A stretch of 64,000 nucleotides of DNA from Anaerolineales bacterium (GCA_040902205.1 JBBDXR010000035.1:272-64271); one strand, 5' to 3'. Positions 28,622 to 39,201 are shown, counted from the stretch's first letter. A program made the numbers and translations. Notes: generated by a model from the letters alone, not told the origin.

Positions 28622-28962
28622 TTGCCGATAAGGGCAGCTAGCATCTTCTTGACTTGATCAACTTCAGATTGCAGATTCTTAAAAACGATACTATCTATGT
28701 ATTCTAATTCATGCGCCAGAAGAATTTGGTAGTCGAGTTCGGCCGCCGAACCTAATGCAATGTAAAGGAATCTGCTAAATTGTGCATCTGTAGACTGCAC
28801 ACAACCCTCGGCTATGTTTGTTGGGATCGAAGACGAAGATCGGCGAATTTGGTTTGTCAATCCATACACTTCGGTCTTTGGGAACCCTTTGGTAGATTTG
28901 TAGATTTGTAGAGTTAGCTGGTGCGCTTTTTGCCAAACTTTTAATTGCTTGAAGTCTTGCAT
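28609..28962 (-). CDS. Four helix bundle protein (23S rRNA intervening-sequence-protein-like family)
   Basis: MQDFKQLKVWQKAH...FP..E.YGLT.QIRRS..SIP.NIAEG...RFL.IA.GS..E; AT-rich relative to its neighbours. Confidence 0.94.
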   Translation of the reverse strand: MQDFKQLKVWQKAHQLTLQIYKSTKGFPKTEVYGLTNQIRRSSSSIPTNIAEGCVQSTDAQFSRFLYIALGSAAELDYQILLAHELEYIDSIVFKNLQSEVDQVKKMLAALIGKLKA

Positions 28963-28973
28963 TTTTCTGCTTT

Positions 28974-29005
28974 GCTTATAGCCTAAAGCTTAGAGCTTAA
29001 TGCTA
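28974..29005. repeat. 7-bp tandem repeat array, 5' flank of the four-helix-bundle gene, inverted relative to 28591-28621
   Basis: GCTTATA GCCTAAA GCTTAGA GCTTAAT GCTA; contains the fahA TAG stop. Confidence 0.8.
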
Positions 29006-29911
29006 TGCCACTCTGTTCTTCAGCTCTCCTATCCCCTCTATCTCCACCTCAACCAGGTCCCCCGTCTTTAACCACGGGCCCTCGCCTTTGGTGATCTCAA
29101 GCAGGCACCCGGTACCCACAGTCCCCGAGCCAATTACATCGCCGGCCAGCAGGGTTACGCCCTCCGAGGCGCGGGCGATCATCTGCGCAAAAGTGTAGTG
29201 GATATCGCTCCAATTGCCGCGCGAGCGTTCCTCTCCATTGACCCGCGCCACCATGGCCGCCTCGTAGACGCCTGCGCGCCCCGTGGCTCTCTTCGCCAGC
29301 TCTTCCTGTGTCACGATCCAGGGACCCAGGCTGGTGGCGAAGTCCTTGCCCTTGGCCGGCCCCAGGCCCACCTTCATTTCTTTGCGTTGCACATCGCGCG
29401 CCGACCAATCGTTCATGATGGTGAAGCCGAAGATGTGATCGAGCGCTTTGTCGGCGGGAATGTCGCGGCCCGGCCGGCCAATAATGGCGGCTACTTCGAG
29501 CTCGTAGTCCATCGCTTGCGTAAACGCGGGTATGGCCACGTCTTCATTGGGGCCGTGGATGGTGTGGGGGTTGGTGAAATAAAAGACCGGGAACTCGTAC
29601 CACTCCTGGGGAACTTCGCGGCCGCGATTCTTGTTGGCCGTCTTCACATGGGTCTCGAAGGCGTAGAAGTCCCGCAGGGTGGGGGGATTCTGCAGCGGCG
29701 CTTTCAGCGTCACCTGGTCCAGCGGCCAGACGTTCTGCGTGCTGCGCGCCAGCATTTCGGCGACCAGCCAAATCTCCGGCCCCGCCTGGATCAGCGAGAG
29801 CATATCGGTGGGCAGGTCGCCGCGGGCCAGCGAAACCACGCGGTCCTCGGCGATCAGCGCACCCAGCCGCGGGCGTTCTTCTCCTGGGGCTACGAAGGTC
29901 AGATAGCGCAT
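29003..29911 (-). CDS. fahA: Fumarylacetoacetate hydrolase family protein
   Basis: LRDFYAFE.H, PVFYF.N, DYELE, NDWSARD.Q, GPAKGKDFA, GDVIGSGT. Confidence 0.93.
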   Translation of the reverse strand: MRYLTFVAPGEERPRLGALIAEDRVVSLARGDLPTDMLSLIQAGPEIWLVAEMLARSTQNVWPLDQVTLKAPLQNPPTLRDFYAFETHVKTANKNRGREVPQEWYEFPVFYFTNPHTIHGPNEDVAIPAFTQAMDYELEVAAIIGRPGRDIPADKALDHIFGFTIMNDWSARDVQRKEMKVGLGPAKGKDFATSLGPWIVTQEELAKRATGRAGVYEAAMVARVNGEERSRGNWSDIHYTFAQMIARASEGVTLLAGDVIGSGTVGTGCLLEITKGEGPWLKTGDLVEVEIEGIGELKNRVA

Positions 29912-29919
29912 GAGGGAGC

Positions 29920-31065
29920 TTAGCCGCCGTAGGGGTCCAGATTGCCGCGGCGGTCTTGTTCCATTTCCAGCGCTTCGAAGAGCGCCTTGAAGTTGCCCTT
30001 GCCGAAGCCCCGGCTGCCGTGGCGTTGGATCACTTCTATAAAGGAAGTGGGCCGGTCCTGGATGGGGCGCGAGAAGATCTGCAACAGGTAGCCTTCGTCG
30101 TCCCGGTCCACCAGGATGCCCAGTTCGTTGATCTTGTCCAACGGCTCCTTGACCACATCCCCCACGCGCTCCGGCAGCATCTCATAATAGGCATCCGGCA
30201 CGCGCAGGAACTCGATGCCGTTAGCCTTCAGCTTGGAGACCGTCTCGATGATGTCGCCGGTGGCCATGGCGATATGCTGCACGCCTGGAGTAAGGTAGTA
30301 GTCCAGGTACTCCTCGATCTGGCTCTTCTTCTTGCCGTCAGCCGGTTCGTTGATGGGAAACTTGATGCGCCCGTTGCCGTTCTCCATGACCTTAGACATC
30401 AGCGCCGAGTACTCGGTACTGATGTCCTTGTCGTCGAAATGCAGGAGCTGGCGGAAGCCCATGACGCGGTGGTAGAAGTTCACCCAGTGGTTCATCTTGC
30501 CGAGCTGTACATTGCCCACGATGTGGTCAACGGACGCCAGGCCCGCCGAGTCGGCTTCGAGGTCCAGAGCGTGATAGCCGGGCGCGAACGGCCCCTTGTA
30601 CGCGCTGCGGTCCACGAAGACATGCAATACTTCGCCATACGTGTGTATGGCGGAAGTGCGCAGGATCCCGAATTCATCCTTCTCTTCGCGGGGCCCCCAG
30701 GCGCTCTGGCCGCCGCGGGACGTGGTGGCCTTGTAAGCTTCGACCACATCCTTCACCTGGATGGCGATAACTTTGACGCCATCGCCGTGGGTCAAATGGT
30801 GGCCGGCGATCTCGTGCGAAGGCCCATAGGGCGCCGAAACGACGAAGCGGATCTTGCCGGATTCGAGGACATAGGAGGCGAACTCACGGTTGCCGGTCTC
30901 GAGGCCGGAATAGGCCACGGGTTTGAAGCCAAAGCCCTTCCACCACCAGTACATGGCTTGCTTGGCGTTGCCTACATAAAAATGTAGGTGGTCGACGGCT
31001 TGGATCTGCAAGAAATCGCCCTCTTCGGTCATCGGGCGGGTTTCGGGTTGTTTCACGTGGGCCAT
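29920..31065 (-). CDS. hppD: 4-hydroxyphenylpyruvate dioxygenase
   Basis: DHIVGNV, PINEP...SQIEEY, GVQHIA, GYLLQIF, FIEVIQR, GFGKGNFKALFEA. Confidence 0.97.
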   Translation of the reverse strand: MAHVKQPETRPMTEEGDFLQIQAVDHLHFYVGNAKQAMYWWWKGFGFKPVAYSGLETGNREFASYVLESGKIRFVVSAPYGPSHEIAGHHLTHGDGVKVIAIQVKDVVEAYKATTSRGGQSAWGPREEKDEFGILRTSAIHTYGEVLHVFVDRSAYKGPFAPGYHALDLEADSAGLASVDHIVGNVQLGKMNHWVNFYHRVMGFRQLLHFDDKDISTEYSALMSKVMENGNGRIKFPINEPADGKKKSQIEEYLDYYLTPGVQHIAMATGDIIETVSKLKANGIEFLRVPDAYYEMLPERVGDVVKEPLDKINELGILVDRDDEGYLLQIFSRPIQDRPTSFIEVIQRHGSRGFGKGNFKALFEALEMEQDRRGNLDPYGG

Positions 31066-31208
31066 AGGCGAACCTCCGGGTAGCTGCTAGCGATCAGCTT
31101 AAATGATTATAGTCCGTGAATAATGGTTGCTGACCGGTCAATTCGTCGATTGGCCAATTCGGCCCATCGCAGTTCTGCTTTCCCGCATGCTAGAATCCCA
31201 AGCCGACC

Positions 31209-32630
31209 ATGACACGCCCAAGGCTCACCCGCTTTCGTGTCTGCTTGGCCTTCCTTGGCCTCTTCGCTCTTCTGGCCGCGTGTTCACCGATCCAACCTGA
31301 TTCTGCCCTGCCCAAGATCAGCCCCTATGCGATCGAGCCGGTCTTCCAGGAGTTTTTCGCCTTCCTGGGCGGCGAAGAGCGGCTGGGTGGGGCCCTCACA
31401 CCCGTCATTCTCGAGGGCAACACCCAGAAGCAGTATGTCGAGAACGCGCTGATGGTCTACAACCCCGAGTTGCCGCCCAGTGAACAATATTCCTTGGCGC
31501 CGCTTGGTGAGCAATTAGGTGTGTGGGATCAGCCGGTTGCCGATACCAACTTGGATGGCGTGCTGGTTGTCGACGGCTATATCGTCTACGAAGGGTTCGT
31601 GCCTTTGTACGAGGAGTTGGGCAGCCGCCGCTACGTAGGCCGGCCGCTCACCGGCGTGCGTTACGCGGCGGAGCACAATCGCGTCGAGCAATATTTCCAG
31701 AACCTCGGCTTCTTTATGAACCTGGACGAGCCCGGCGTCGTGCGTTTGATGGCCTACGGCAGCCTGGCCTGCGGCGAGATCTGCAATACGCCCGCGGCCA
31801 ACCCGGCCGCCATCATCCAGATCGAGCTGCCTTATGGCGAGCCCTTCGTCGGCACCGTCTCTCGCCTGGGTGATGGTTTTGTGGGCCGCCGCTTGGCTGG
31901 GCCCTATCAGGCCGAGGATGGCAGCCTGGAAGTCATCTACGAGAACCTGGTGCTGTATGCCAACGCGGACCAGTCGCAAACGGCGGCGGCGCGGCCCATC
32001 ATGGCGTTAATGGGCATATCCCCAGAGCCCTTGGTGACCCAGTTGGATAGCCCGGTCATCATGTTCTATGGCATCGACGGCGCACTTGGCTATAACGTGC
32101 CGTTATTCTTCAGCGATTACGTCGCCCAGCACGGCGGCTTCGAACTCTTTGGCCAGCCGATCTCAGAGATAAAGATGCAGGCGGATGGCAGCGCGGCGCA
32201 ATGCTTTGCGAACCTCTGCCTGCGTTATGAAAACGGAAGCGTGGCGCCGCTGCCTATGGGGGCCGAATACAAAGCCCGCGTCTTCGACCAACCGGCCGTG
32301 CAACCCGTTGCCCCCGCGGGCGATATCCGCATTCAGGTCTGGGAAGATCACTCGCAGATCAGTTCCTCTGAGCAGCAGGTGATCCACGCCAGCTTATACG
32401 CCGGCACCCAGTTGCTTTCCGGCCTTCAACCCTATTTGGAGATCAGCCTGCCGTCTGGGGCCACTAGCATCTACCAGTTCCCGCCCAGCGATGCCAGCGG
32501 ACAAACGCAACTTACGTTGCCGTTCATTCAGGGACAGAACGGGACGCTGGTGCCGTATAAGGTTTGCCTTGAGGGCTTCGGCGCTGTGCAGGTCTGCGCC
32601 AGCGAGTCCTACATGATCTGGGGGAATTGA
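31209..32630 (+). CDS. Lipoprotein with internal repeats (G.P(L/I)(T/S)...QYF pattern) and a C-terminal beta-rich domain
   Basis: Lipobox LAAC; four similar units, e.g. LGGALTP..QYVEN, VGRPLTG..QYFQN, FGQPISE..QCFAN. Confidence 0.8.
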   Translation: MTRPRLTRFRVCLAFLGLFALLAACSPIQPDSALPKISPYAIEPVFQEFFAFLGGEERLGGALTPVILEGNTQKQYVENALMVYNPELPPSEQYSLAPLGEQLGVWDQPVADTNLDGVLVVDGYIVYEGFVPLYEELGSRRYVGRPLTGVRYAAEHNRVEQYFQNLGFFMNLDEPGVVRLMAYGSLACGEICNTPAANPAAIIQIELPYGEPFVGTVSRLGDGFVGRRLAGPYQAEDGSLEVIYENLVLYANADQSQTAAARPIMALMGISPEPLVTQLDSPVIMFYGIDGALGYNVPLFFSDYVAQHGGFELFGQPISEIKMQADGSAAQCFANLCLRYENGSVAPLPMGAEYKARVFDQPAVQPVAPAGDIRIQVWEDHSQISSSEQQVIHASLYAGTQLLSGLQPYLEISLPSGATSIYQFPPSDASGQTQLTLPFIQGQNGTLVPYKVCLEGFGAVQVCASESYMIWGN

Positions 32631-32639
32631 CACCGCACC

Positions 32640-32698
32640 TGTCATTCCGAGCGGGTAGTAATGCACCGCCCGATTTCGGAATAGACTAGCGAGAAATC
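32640..32698. repeat. Solo left arm of the repeat element at 19749-19968
   Basis: TGTCATTCCGAGCGGGT is a 17-bp exact match to 19749-19765; ends GCGAGAAATC. Confidence 0.7.
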
Positions 32699-32772
32699 CC
32701 CACGATCAGGTCTTCCGAATTACATTGAACTTCGGCGCGTTTCCTGGATGATTCTAGGTAAAGAGTCCGATC

Positions 32773-33558
32773 TCAATCAACCATGGCGAAAAGCAGAATC
32801 CCGGCCGCCACCGATAGATTTAGTGAATTAACCTTGCCCGACATTGGGATTCGCACGACTTGATCGCAGATGGAGAGTTGTTCTTTCGACAACCCATCTC
32901 TTTCGCTGCCAAGATACAGTACCGCTGGCCTTTGAGCCGCCATCTGGCGGAATTTGCTTCCGCTATCTGGAGAAGTCCCGATAGTATGTACTTTGTGCTG
33001 GGCATCCCAACTTCCAAATTCCGCAAAACTGCAATGCATGATCGGGTGGCAGAAATGCGCGCCCAATCCCGCGCGCACCGCGGTGGGATGGTAAGGATCA
33101 ACGCCCCCGTCCACCAGGATGAGCGCCTCGCCGCCCACGGCATCCAACGTGCGTAGAATGCTGCCCAGGTTGCCGGGGTCGGCAGGCTCCTGCAGCGCAA
33201 CAGAGATGGAGTTCGCGCTTGGAGCATATGCTGCGATTGCCGTAAGCCGCTGCTGAGCCACCGCCAGGGTGCCATGCGGATTCTCCTTGCTACCCAGTGA
33301 TTCAAAAATACCTCGGGTGGTCTGGAAGCAGGGAATTCCCGCTTGCGTGATGCGTCCGATCAGTTCTTTGGAAAAGGGAGTACTCAGCAGCTCGTCAGCA
33401 TAGACCACGAATTCGATCGAGGCTTTTTGGTCAAGAGCCAGACCTATATGGAAAGTGCCTTCAACGACGAAAAGGCCTGTTTCTTGCCGTTCTTTGCGCT
33501 GGCGCAGAGAACGGATCAGTTGGATGCGCGGATTGCGCTGGCTCGTGATGGATTCCAC
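32773..33558 (-). CDS. TrmH/SpoU family RNA methyltransferase
   Basis: ITSQRNPRI, DPGNLGSILRT, LGSERDGL, IPMSGKVNSLNLSVAAGI. Confidence 0.94.
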   Translation of the reverse strand: MESITSQRNPRIQLIRSLRQRKERQETGLFVVEGTFHIGLALDQKASIEFVVYADELLSTPFSKELIGRITQAGIPCFQTTRGIFESLGSKENPHGTLAVAQQRLTAIAAYAPSANSISVALQEPADPGNLGSILRTLDAVGGEALILVDGGVDPYHPTAVRAGLGAHFCHPIMHCSFAEFGSWDAQHKVHTIGTSPDSGSKFRQMAAQRPAVLYLGSERDGLSKEQLSICDQVVRIPMSGKVNSLNLSVAAGILLFAMVD

Positions 33559-33626
33559 AAGACCATTATAGGGGGCGAAGCCCTGCAGGGTTAGAATTAA
33601 CGACCGGTGGAAGAAAGGTGGTTGGA

Positions 33627-34025
33627 ATGTCCAATGAGCATGTAGTCACACTAATGAACAAGTATATGGACCTGAAGGCGCAGCTGGCCTCCATGGAAGC
33701 CGACAAGGAAAAACTGATCGATGAGGCGATGCCGAAAGAAGTTCGCCAAAGGATTGCCGAGATCGAGGATGAATTCGCCGGCAAGAACGAGAAAGCGCAG
33801 AAAGACTTGGGCGAATTGGAAGAGGCAGTTAAGATCGGCGTTGTAGGTCTGAAGCAGACCCTGGCGGTGAAAGGCCTCAAGGCCTCCTATCACCCCGGAC
33901 GGGTCACCTGGGATGCCAAGGGCTTGGAGGGAGTGGTCAAGGGTCATCCGGATCTTGCGCCCATTCTCCTCCCCCTCAAGAAACAGGGCAACGATTACGC
34001 ATCCTTTCGCTTCGATGAGAAATAA
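33627..34025 (+). CDS. Hypothetical coiled-coil protein
   Basis: Long helical N-terminus followed by KASYHPGRVTWD; own -10-like TAGAAT upstream. Start 33618 or 33627. Confidence 0.7.
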   Translation: MSNEHVVTLMNKYMDLKAQLASMEADKEKLIDEAMPKEVRQRIAEIEDEFAGKNEKAQKDLGELEEAVKIGVVGLKQTLAVKGLKASYHPGRVTWDAKGLEGVVKGHPDLAPILLPLKKQGNDYASFRFDEK

Positions 34026-34086
34026 GCCCGGGCAGTCTCGCCTTTCCTGATAGTTCCTGATAGGGGTCATGCGCCTTAATTAAGGC

Positions 34087-35388
34087 ATGACCGCAAGCTT
34101 TCCTCGGGATTCCGCCCGGATACCCGGTTTCTATAACTTGCCTCTGGCCCAACGCCAGGCGCGCCTGCGCGCCCTGGGCCTGGGCGCGGCCGAGGTGGCC
34201 GCCTTCGCTACCGGCGGCCTGACCGCCGAGTCCGCCGACCACATGATCGAAAACGTGGTCGGCACTTTCAACCTGCCGCTCGGCATCACCCTGAACTTCG
34301 TGGTCAATGGCCGCGAGGTGCTGATTCCGATGGTCATCGAAGAACCCTCAGTGGTGGCAGGTGCCTCTTTCATGGCCAAGTTGGCACGGCCGGGCGGCGG
34401 CTTCCGCGCTTCCGCCGATGCGCCCGAAATGATCGGCCAGATGCAATTGCTGGACGTGACCGATTTGGACAAGGCGGCCGCCGCCATCGAGAAGGCCAAA
34501 GCTCAATTGTTGGCCGAGGCCACCGGGATCGACCCCGTGCTGCAAAAGCTAGGCGGCGGACCGCGCGACCTTGAAGTTCGACGCATTGAAGAATCGCCTA
34601 TCGGTCCGTTCCTGGTCTTGCATCTGATCTACGACGTGCGCGACGCCATGGGCGCCAACGCGGTCAACACCGCCTGCGAACGCCTGGCGCCGAAGATCGA
34701 AGCGCTCACCGGTGGGCGCGTGCATTTGCGCATCTTGAGCAACCTGGCCGACCGGCGCTTGGCGCGCGCCGATTGCACCATCAACCTGAACGAACTTGCC
34801 TTCGGCGAGTTCAGCGCCGAAGCGGTACGTGATGGCATCATCGAGGCTTGGGCATTCGCCGCGGCTGACCCGTATCGCGCGGCCACCCACAACAAAGGCA
34901 TCATGAACGGCGTGGACGCGGTGGTCATCGCCACGGGCAACGACTGGCGCGCTGTGGAAGCCGGAGCCCACGCATTTGCATCGCGCTCCGGCCGCTACAC
35001 CTCTCTAAGCACCTGGAGTAAGGATACGGATGGCAACCTGGTTGGCGCTCTCGAGATGCCGATGGCGGTTGGCATTGTGGGCGGCGCCATCAAGGTTCAT
35101 CCCGCGGCCCAGGCTGCCCTTAAATTGATGGGCGTGAGCACTGCCGCCGACCTGGCGCAGATCATCGTTTCAGTCGGGCTAGCGCAGAACCTGGCAGCCC
35201 TGCGCGCCCTGGCCACCGAAGGCATCCAGCGCGGCCATATGAGCTTGCACGCCCGGCAAGTAGCCATCGCCGCCGGTGCTAAGGGCGCCGCGATCGATAA
35301 GCTGGCTGGCCAGCTGGTGAAAGAAAAGACCGTGCGCGTTGACCGCGCCGAGCAAATCTTGAAGGATTGGACCAATGGTAACCACTGA
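34087..35388 (+). CDS. mvaA: HMG-CoA reductase, class II
   Basis: [42 protein letters not shown]. Confidence 0.96.
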   Translation: MTASFPRDSARIPGFYNLPLAQRQARLRALGLGAAEVAAFATGGLTAESADHMIENVVGTFNLPLGITLNFVVNGREVLIPMVIEEPSVVAGASFMAKLARPGGGFRASADAPEMIGQMQLLDVTDLDKAAAAIEKAKAQLLAEATGIDPVLQKLGGGPRDLEVRRIEESPIGPFLVLHLIYDVRDAMGANAVNTACERLAPKIEALTGGRVHLRILSNLADRRLARADCTINLNELAFGEFSAEAVRDGIIEAWAFAAADPYRAATHNKGIMNGVDAVVIATGNDWRAVEAGAHAFASRSGRYTSLSTWSKDTDGNLVGALEMPMAVGIVGGAIKVHPAAQAALKLMGVSTAADLAQIIVSVGLAQNLAALRALATEGIQRGHMSLHARQVAIAAGAKGAAIDKLAGQLVKEKTVRVDRAEQILKDWTNGNH

Positions 35389-36460
35389 TCACGACCACGA
35401 ACACGCCCGTGTGCTAAAACCCGAGAATCCGGTCGGCATCGTGGGCTACGGCGCCTACGTGCCGCGCTATCGTTTGCCGGCGCGCGAAGTGGCGCGCATC
35501 TGGATGGACGGCACTGGCGGCCTGCCCATCGAGGAGAAGTCAGTGCCGGGGCTGGATGAGGACGTGGCCACCATGTCCATCGAGGCGGCGCGCAATGCGC
35601 TGGCCCGCGCCCAGATCAACCCGCGCGACTTGCGCGCCGTGTGGGTCGGCTCTGAGTCGCACCCGTATGCGGTCAAGCCCACCTCCACCATCGTGGCCGA
35701 AGCCATCGGCGCGGTGCCCAGCACGCAGGCCGCCGATTGGGAGTTCGCCTGCAAGGCGGGCACCGAGGCTATGGTGGCGGCCATGGGCTTCGTGGGTTCC
35801 AAGATGGCGCGCTACGCGCTGGCCATCGGCATGGACACTGCCCAGGGCCGCCCGGGCGACGCGCTGGAATACACCGCCGGGGCGGGCGGCGCCGCCTTCA
35901 TCATTGGCCCTGGAGCGGAGTCGCTGGCGGAGATCGAAAGCTCCTATTCGTTCGTTACTGACACGCCGGATTTCTGGCGCCGCCAGTATGCCAAGTATCC
36001 CGAGCACGGCCAGCGCTTCACCGGCGAGCCCGCCTATTTCAAGCACATCACCTCAGCCGGCGAGGCCATGTTCGAAGCCACCGGCACCAGGCCGGAAGAT
36101 TACGCTTACGCCGTCTTCCACCAACCCAACACCAAGTTCCCTCAACGCGCCGGCGCCATCCTGGGCTTCAAGCCGGAGCAGATGGCGACTGGCTTGCTGG
36201 TGCCGCGCATCGGCAACACCTACTCCGGCGCCGCCATCATTGGCCTCACCGCCATCCTGGATGTCGCCAAACCCGGCGAGCGCATCATGATGGTCTCCTT
36301 CGGCTCCGGCGCCGGGTCGGACGCCATGGTGTTGCGCGTCACGGACAAGATCGCCGGCAAGCCGGAGCTGGCCACCCAGACCGAAGAGTACATTGCCCGC
36401 CGCACGGAGATCGATTACGCCGAGTATGTGCGCATGCGAGGAAAGCTGACAATGAAGTAA
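35375..36460 (+). CDS. mvaS: HMG-CoA synthase, archaeal type
   Basis: [18 protein letters not shown] (catalytic Cys), FHQPN (catalytic His), [16 protein letters not shown]. Confidence 0.95.
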   Translation: MVTTDHDHEHARVLKPENPVGIVGYGAYVPRYRLPAREVARIWMDGTGGLPIEEKSVPGLDEDVATMSIEAARNALARAQINPRDLRAVWVGSESHPYAVKPTSTIVAEAIGAVPSTQAADWEFACKAGTEAMVAAMGFVGSKMARYALAIGMDTAQGRPGDALEYTAGAGGAAFIIGPGAESLAEIESSYSFVTDTPDFWRRQYAKYPEHGQRFTGEPAYFKHITSAGEAMFEATGTRPEDYAYAVFHQPNTKFPQRAGAILGFKPEQMATGLLVPRIGNTYSGAAIIGLTAILDVAKPGERIMMVSFGSGAGSDAMVLRVTDKIAGKPELATQTEEYIARRTEIDYAEYVRMRGKLTMK

Positions 36461-36494
36461 CTAGTAAGTAGTAATTACTATTTACTAATTACTG
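36456..36494. repeat. Back-to-back inverted 7-bp arrays (AGTAANT x3 / TTACTAN x3) between mvaS and the thiolase gene
   Basis: AGTAACT AGTAAGT AGTAATT ACTATTT ACTAATT ACTG; the mvaS TAA stop lies inside the first unit. Confidence 0.75.
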
Positions 36495-36510
36495 AACAGA
36501 TGAGGATCAC

Positions 36511-37671
36511 ATGACAAATGTAGTTATTGCTGGTATCGGCCAAACGCCCGTCAATGAACACTGGGAGATCTCGCTGCGCGAGCTGGCTTTCCAGGCCATG
36601 GAGGCCGCCATGCAGGATGCAGGCGGCTTGCGGCCCAATGCGCTTTACGTCGGCAACATGTTGGCTAGCGCCCTTTCACACCAGGCGCATCTTGGCGCCA
36701 TGCTGGCCGATTTCGCCGGCCTCACCGGCATCGAAGCCGCCACCATCGAGGCCGCCGGCGCCTCGGCAGCCATGGCGCTGCGCGTTGGTTATCTCGCCGT
36801 GGCCTCCGGCCTGGTAGACGCCGCCATGGTGCTGGGCGTCGAGAAGCTCAGCGACCAAGTACCCGCCCAGGTGGAGAGCGCCCTGGCCATGGGCAGCGAC
36901 ACAGATTACGAAGCCGAACAGGGGCTCACGCTCACCGCGCAAGCGGCCATGCTCGCCCAACGCTACATGCACGAATTCAAGGTTCCGGACCACGCCCTCG
37001 GCGGCTTCCCGCTCACCGCGCACGCCAATGGTGCCCACAATCCCAATGCCATGTTCCGCAAGGTGGTTAAGCCGGAGACCTACGCCAAGGCCGGCATGGT
37101 CAGCGCTCCGCTGAACATGTTCGATGTGGCTCCGAACGCAGACGGCGCGGCAGCGCTGCTGCTCACCCGCGCTGACCTGCTGCCACCGAAGTTTCCAAAT
37201 CCCCTGGTGGAGATCATTGGCTCCAGCGCGGCGACCGATACCTTGGCGCTGCACGACCGGCCCGATCCGCTTACCTTCAATGCGGCCAGATTATCCATCG
37301 AGCGCGCTTGCGCCCAGGCCGGGATCCTTCCCAAGGACGCGGATTTCTTCGAACTCTTCGATGCTTTCTCCATTTATGGTGCGCTTTCTATGGAAGCGGC
37401 CGGCTTCTCGCCAAAGGGCGAGGGCTGGAAGTGGGCGCAAAATGGCGCAATCAAGCTGGACGGTGAAATGCCCATCGCTACCCTTGGCGGCCTCAAGGCG
37501 CGCGGCTTCCCTGGCGGCGCCACCGGCGCCTACCAGGCCGTCGAAGCCGTGATCCAGTTGCGCGGTCAGGCGGGGGAAGCCCAGGTGAAGGGTGCAAAGA
37601 CCGCCCTGGTGCAAAGCCTGGGCGGCCCGGCCTCCACGGCGGTCACACACGTGTTGAGAACAATCAATTAG
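36511..37671 (+). CDS. Archaeal-type thiolase-fold protein lacking the canonical catalytic residues
   Basis: Thiolase pattern throughout (VVIAGIGQTP, LGVEKLSD, ADGAAA, GGLKARG.P.GATG), but EAAGASA, LFDAFS and RGFPGG replace EAACASG, HD.F and GHP. Confidence 0.9.
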   Translation: MTNVVIAGIGQTPVNEHWEISLRELAFQAMEAAMQDAGGLRPNALYVGNMLASALSHQAHLGAMLADFAGLTGIEAATIEAAGASAAMALRVGYLAVASGLVDAAMVLGVEKLSDQVPAQVESALAMGSDTDYEAEQGLTLTAQAAMLAQRYMHEFKVPDHALGGFPLTAHANGAHNPNAMFRKVVKPETYAKAGMVSAPLNMFDVAPNADGAAALLLTRADLLPPKFPNPLVEIIGSSAATDTLALHDRPDPLTFNAARLSIERACAQAGILPKDADFFELFDAFSIYGALSMEAAGFSPKGEGWKWAQNGAIKLDGEMPIATLGGLKARGFPGGATGAYQAVEAVIQLRGQAGEAQVKGAKTALVQSLGGPASTAVTHVLRTIN

Positions 37672-37699
37672 ATCGCGCTTTTTCATTACAATCCAGGAG

Positions 37700-39174
37700 A
37701 TGCAGAAGGATCAAATCCCATTCTGGGCAGGGTTAATTTCCTTGGCGGTCCTCGGTGTGATTGCGGTGGCCGTGGTGACGCGTTGGGGAGTTGGCCTCTT
37801 TGACCTGGACTCCTTCAACTACCTCGCATCGGCACGTAGCCTGGCTGTCGGGAACGGCTTGCAGGTGCCCGTCAGTCCTACCTCGCTTCGCCCGATGCTT
37901 TATTTCGCTCCTCTGCTTCCTGCCGTACTCTCTGTTTTTGAATTGGCTGGTGTCGATGCGATGGATGGCGCCCGCTGGTTCAACGCGGCCTTGTTTGGAG
38001 TGAACCTGCTGCTTTTTTCGGCCATTGCTTACGGTTTTTCGCGTTCCAAGGTCATCGCCCTGGCTGCTGCGTTCCTTTTTCTGTTCTCAGCGGATTTACT
38101 GGTAGCTCACTCTTGGGCGCTAAGTGAACCGTTGCTAATAACCTTCATGTTGGCCAGCCTTCTTGCCTTTCATATATGGGTGAAAAGAAGAGAATTCGTC
38201 TGGGTTTTGGTGTTGTGGGTCTGCGTCGCCTTGGCTGTGCTGACCAAGTTCGTGGCCGGAGCCTTAGTGCCTGTTTTTGTGCTTCTATTTTGGTCGACCA
38301 ATCTCTCTCGGCGAGACAAGCTCGTCTACTCAATGGGGACTTTGCTATCCGGTTTGATTCCATTTTTGTTTTGGTCATTGAGGAGTTATTTGTTATCGGC
38401 TTCGTTCCATGGTTTCAGTTTTGGCTATGTTCCCCTCGGACGAGGTAATCTGATTAGCGCGTTTTTACATTCTTTACGTGGGTTGTTCCCGAAGGCTGGC
38501 TATTCGGGCGCGAAACGCTATTTCTTGTTTTGGCCGTTTTGTGGGCCACCGGCGCGGGGGTTTATCTGGTGAATGGGATGAGAAAACTGGGATCTACCGC
38601 GTTGACGGTGCCTATCTTTGCCATCCTCCTTTTTGCTTCTTATATGGTCCTGGTCGTCTTCGCCAAGACCATGTTCGATCATGGTATCGGCCTCCAGGAC
38701 CGCATGCTTATCCCGCTATTCCCATTCCTACTGCTCGCGGTGGTTTTTATTGCCCATCGGCTATCAATAGAGGATCAGCGAGGAAAACTGCTAGCCATCG
38801 CAATTGTCGGCTATTTGGCCATTGTTTCCGTTATCGGCTCATTATCCACCTTGCCAACTGTGTACGAAGAAGGGTTGGGCTGGAATGCGCGCAACATCGT
38901 TACTTCACCGGCGATTGCGGAACTAAAGGTCATTGCCTCCTCTCCTGAGAATGTTCTGTTTAGCAACGAGACTTACGGAATGTACTTCCATACAAAACGG
39001 GTGGGTTATAACCTGAATAGCTTCCCACCAGCCGAGACTGCAGATCCCGTATATTTGGTCTTATTCAAGGTCCAACGCAACGATCCGCATCCCTTGCCCG
39101 CCAGATACACGGATGAGCTGAAGTTGATCATTGAGGATAATGTCCTCTCTATCTACTTGTTTATTCCTAAGTAG
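37700..39174 (+). pseudogene. ArnT/PMT (GT-C, GT39-like) membrane glycosyltransferase split by a frameshift
   Basis: DSFNYLASARSLAVG, FAPLLP, SEPL, LTKF motifs. ORFs 37700-38572 and 38530-39174 join if one T is added to the T5 run at 38462-38466 (AFFTFFTWVVPEGWLF). Confidence 0.8.
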
Positions 39175-39201
39175 TCTGATAGATACCGGGGAATACTGAA
39201 T

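Noticed and set aside
32454-32465. SGAT motif in the 31209-32630 lipoprotein as an ApbE flavinylation site
   Set aside because: A single short motif 21 kb from apbE and outside any FMN-binding-domain context; likely chance.
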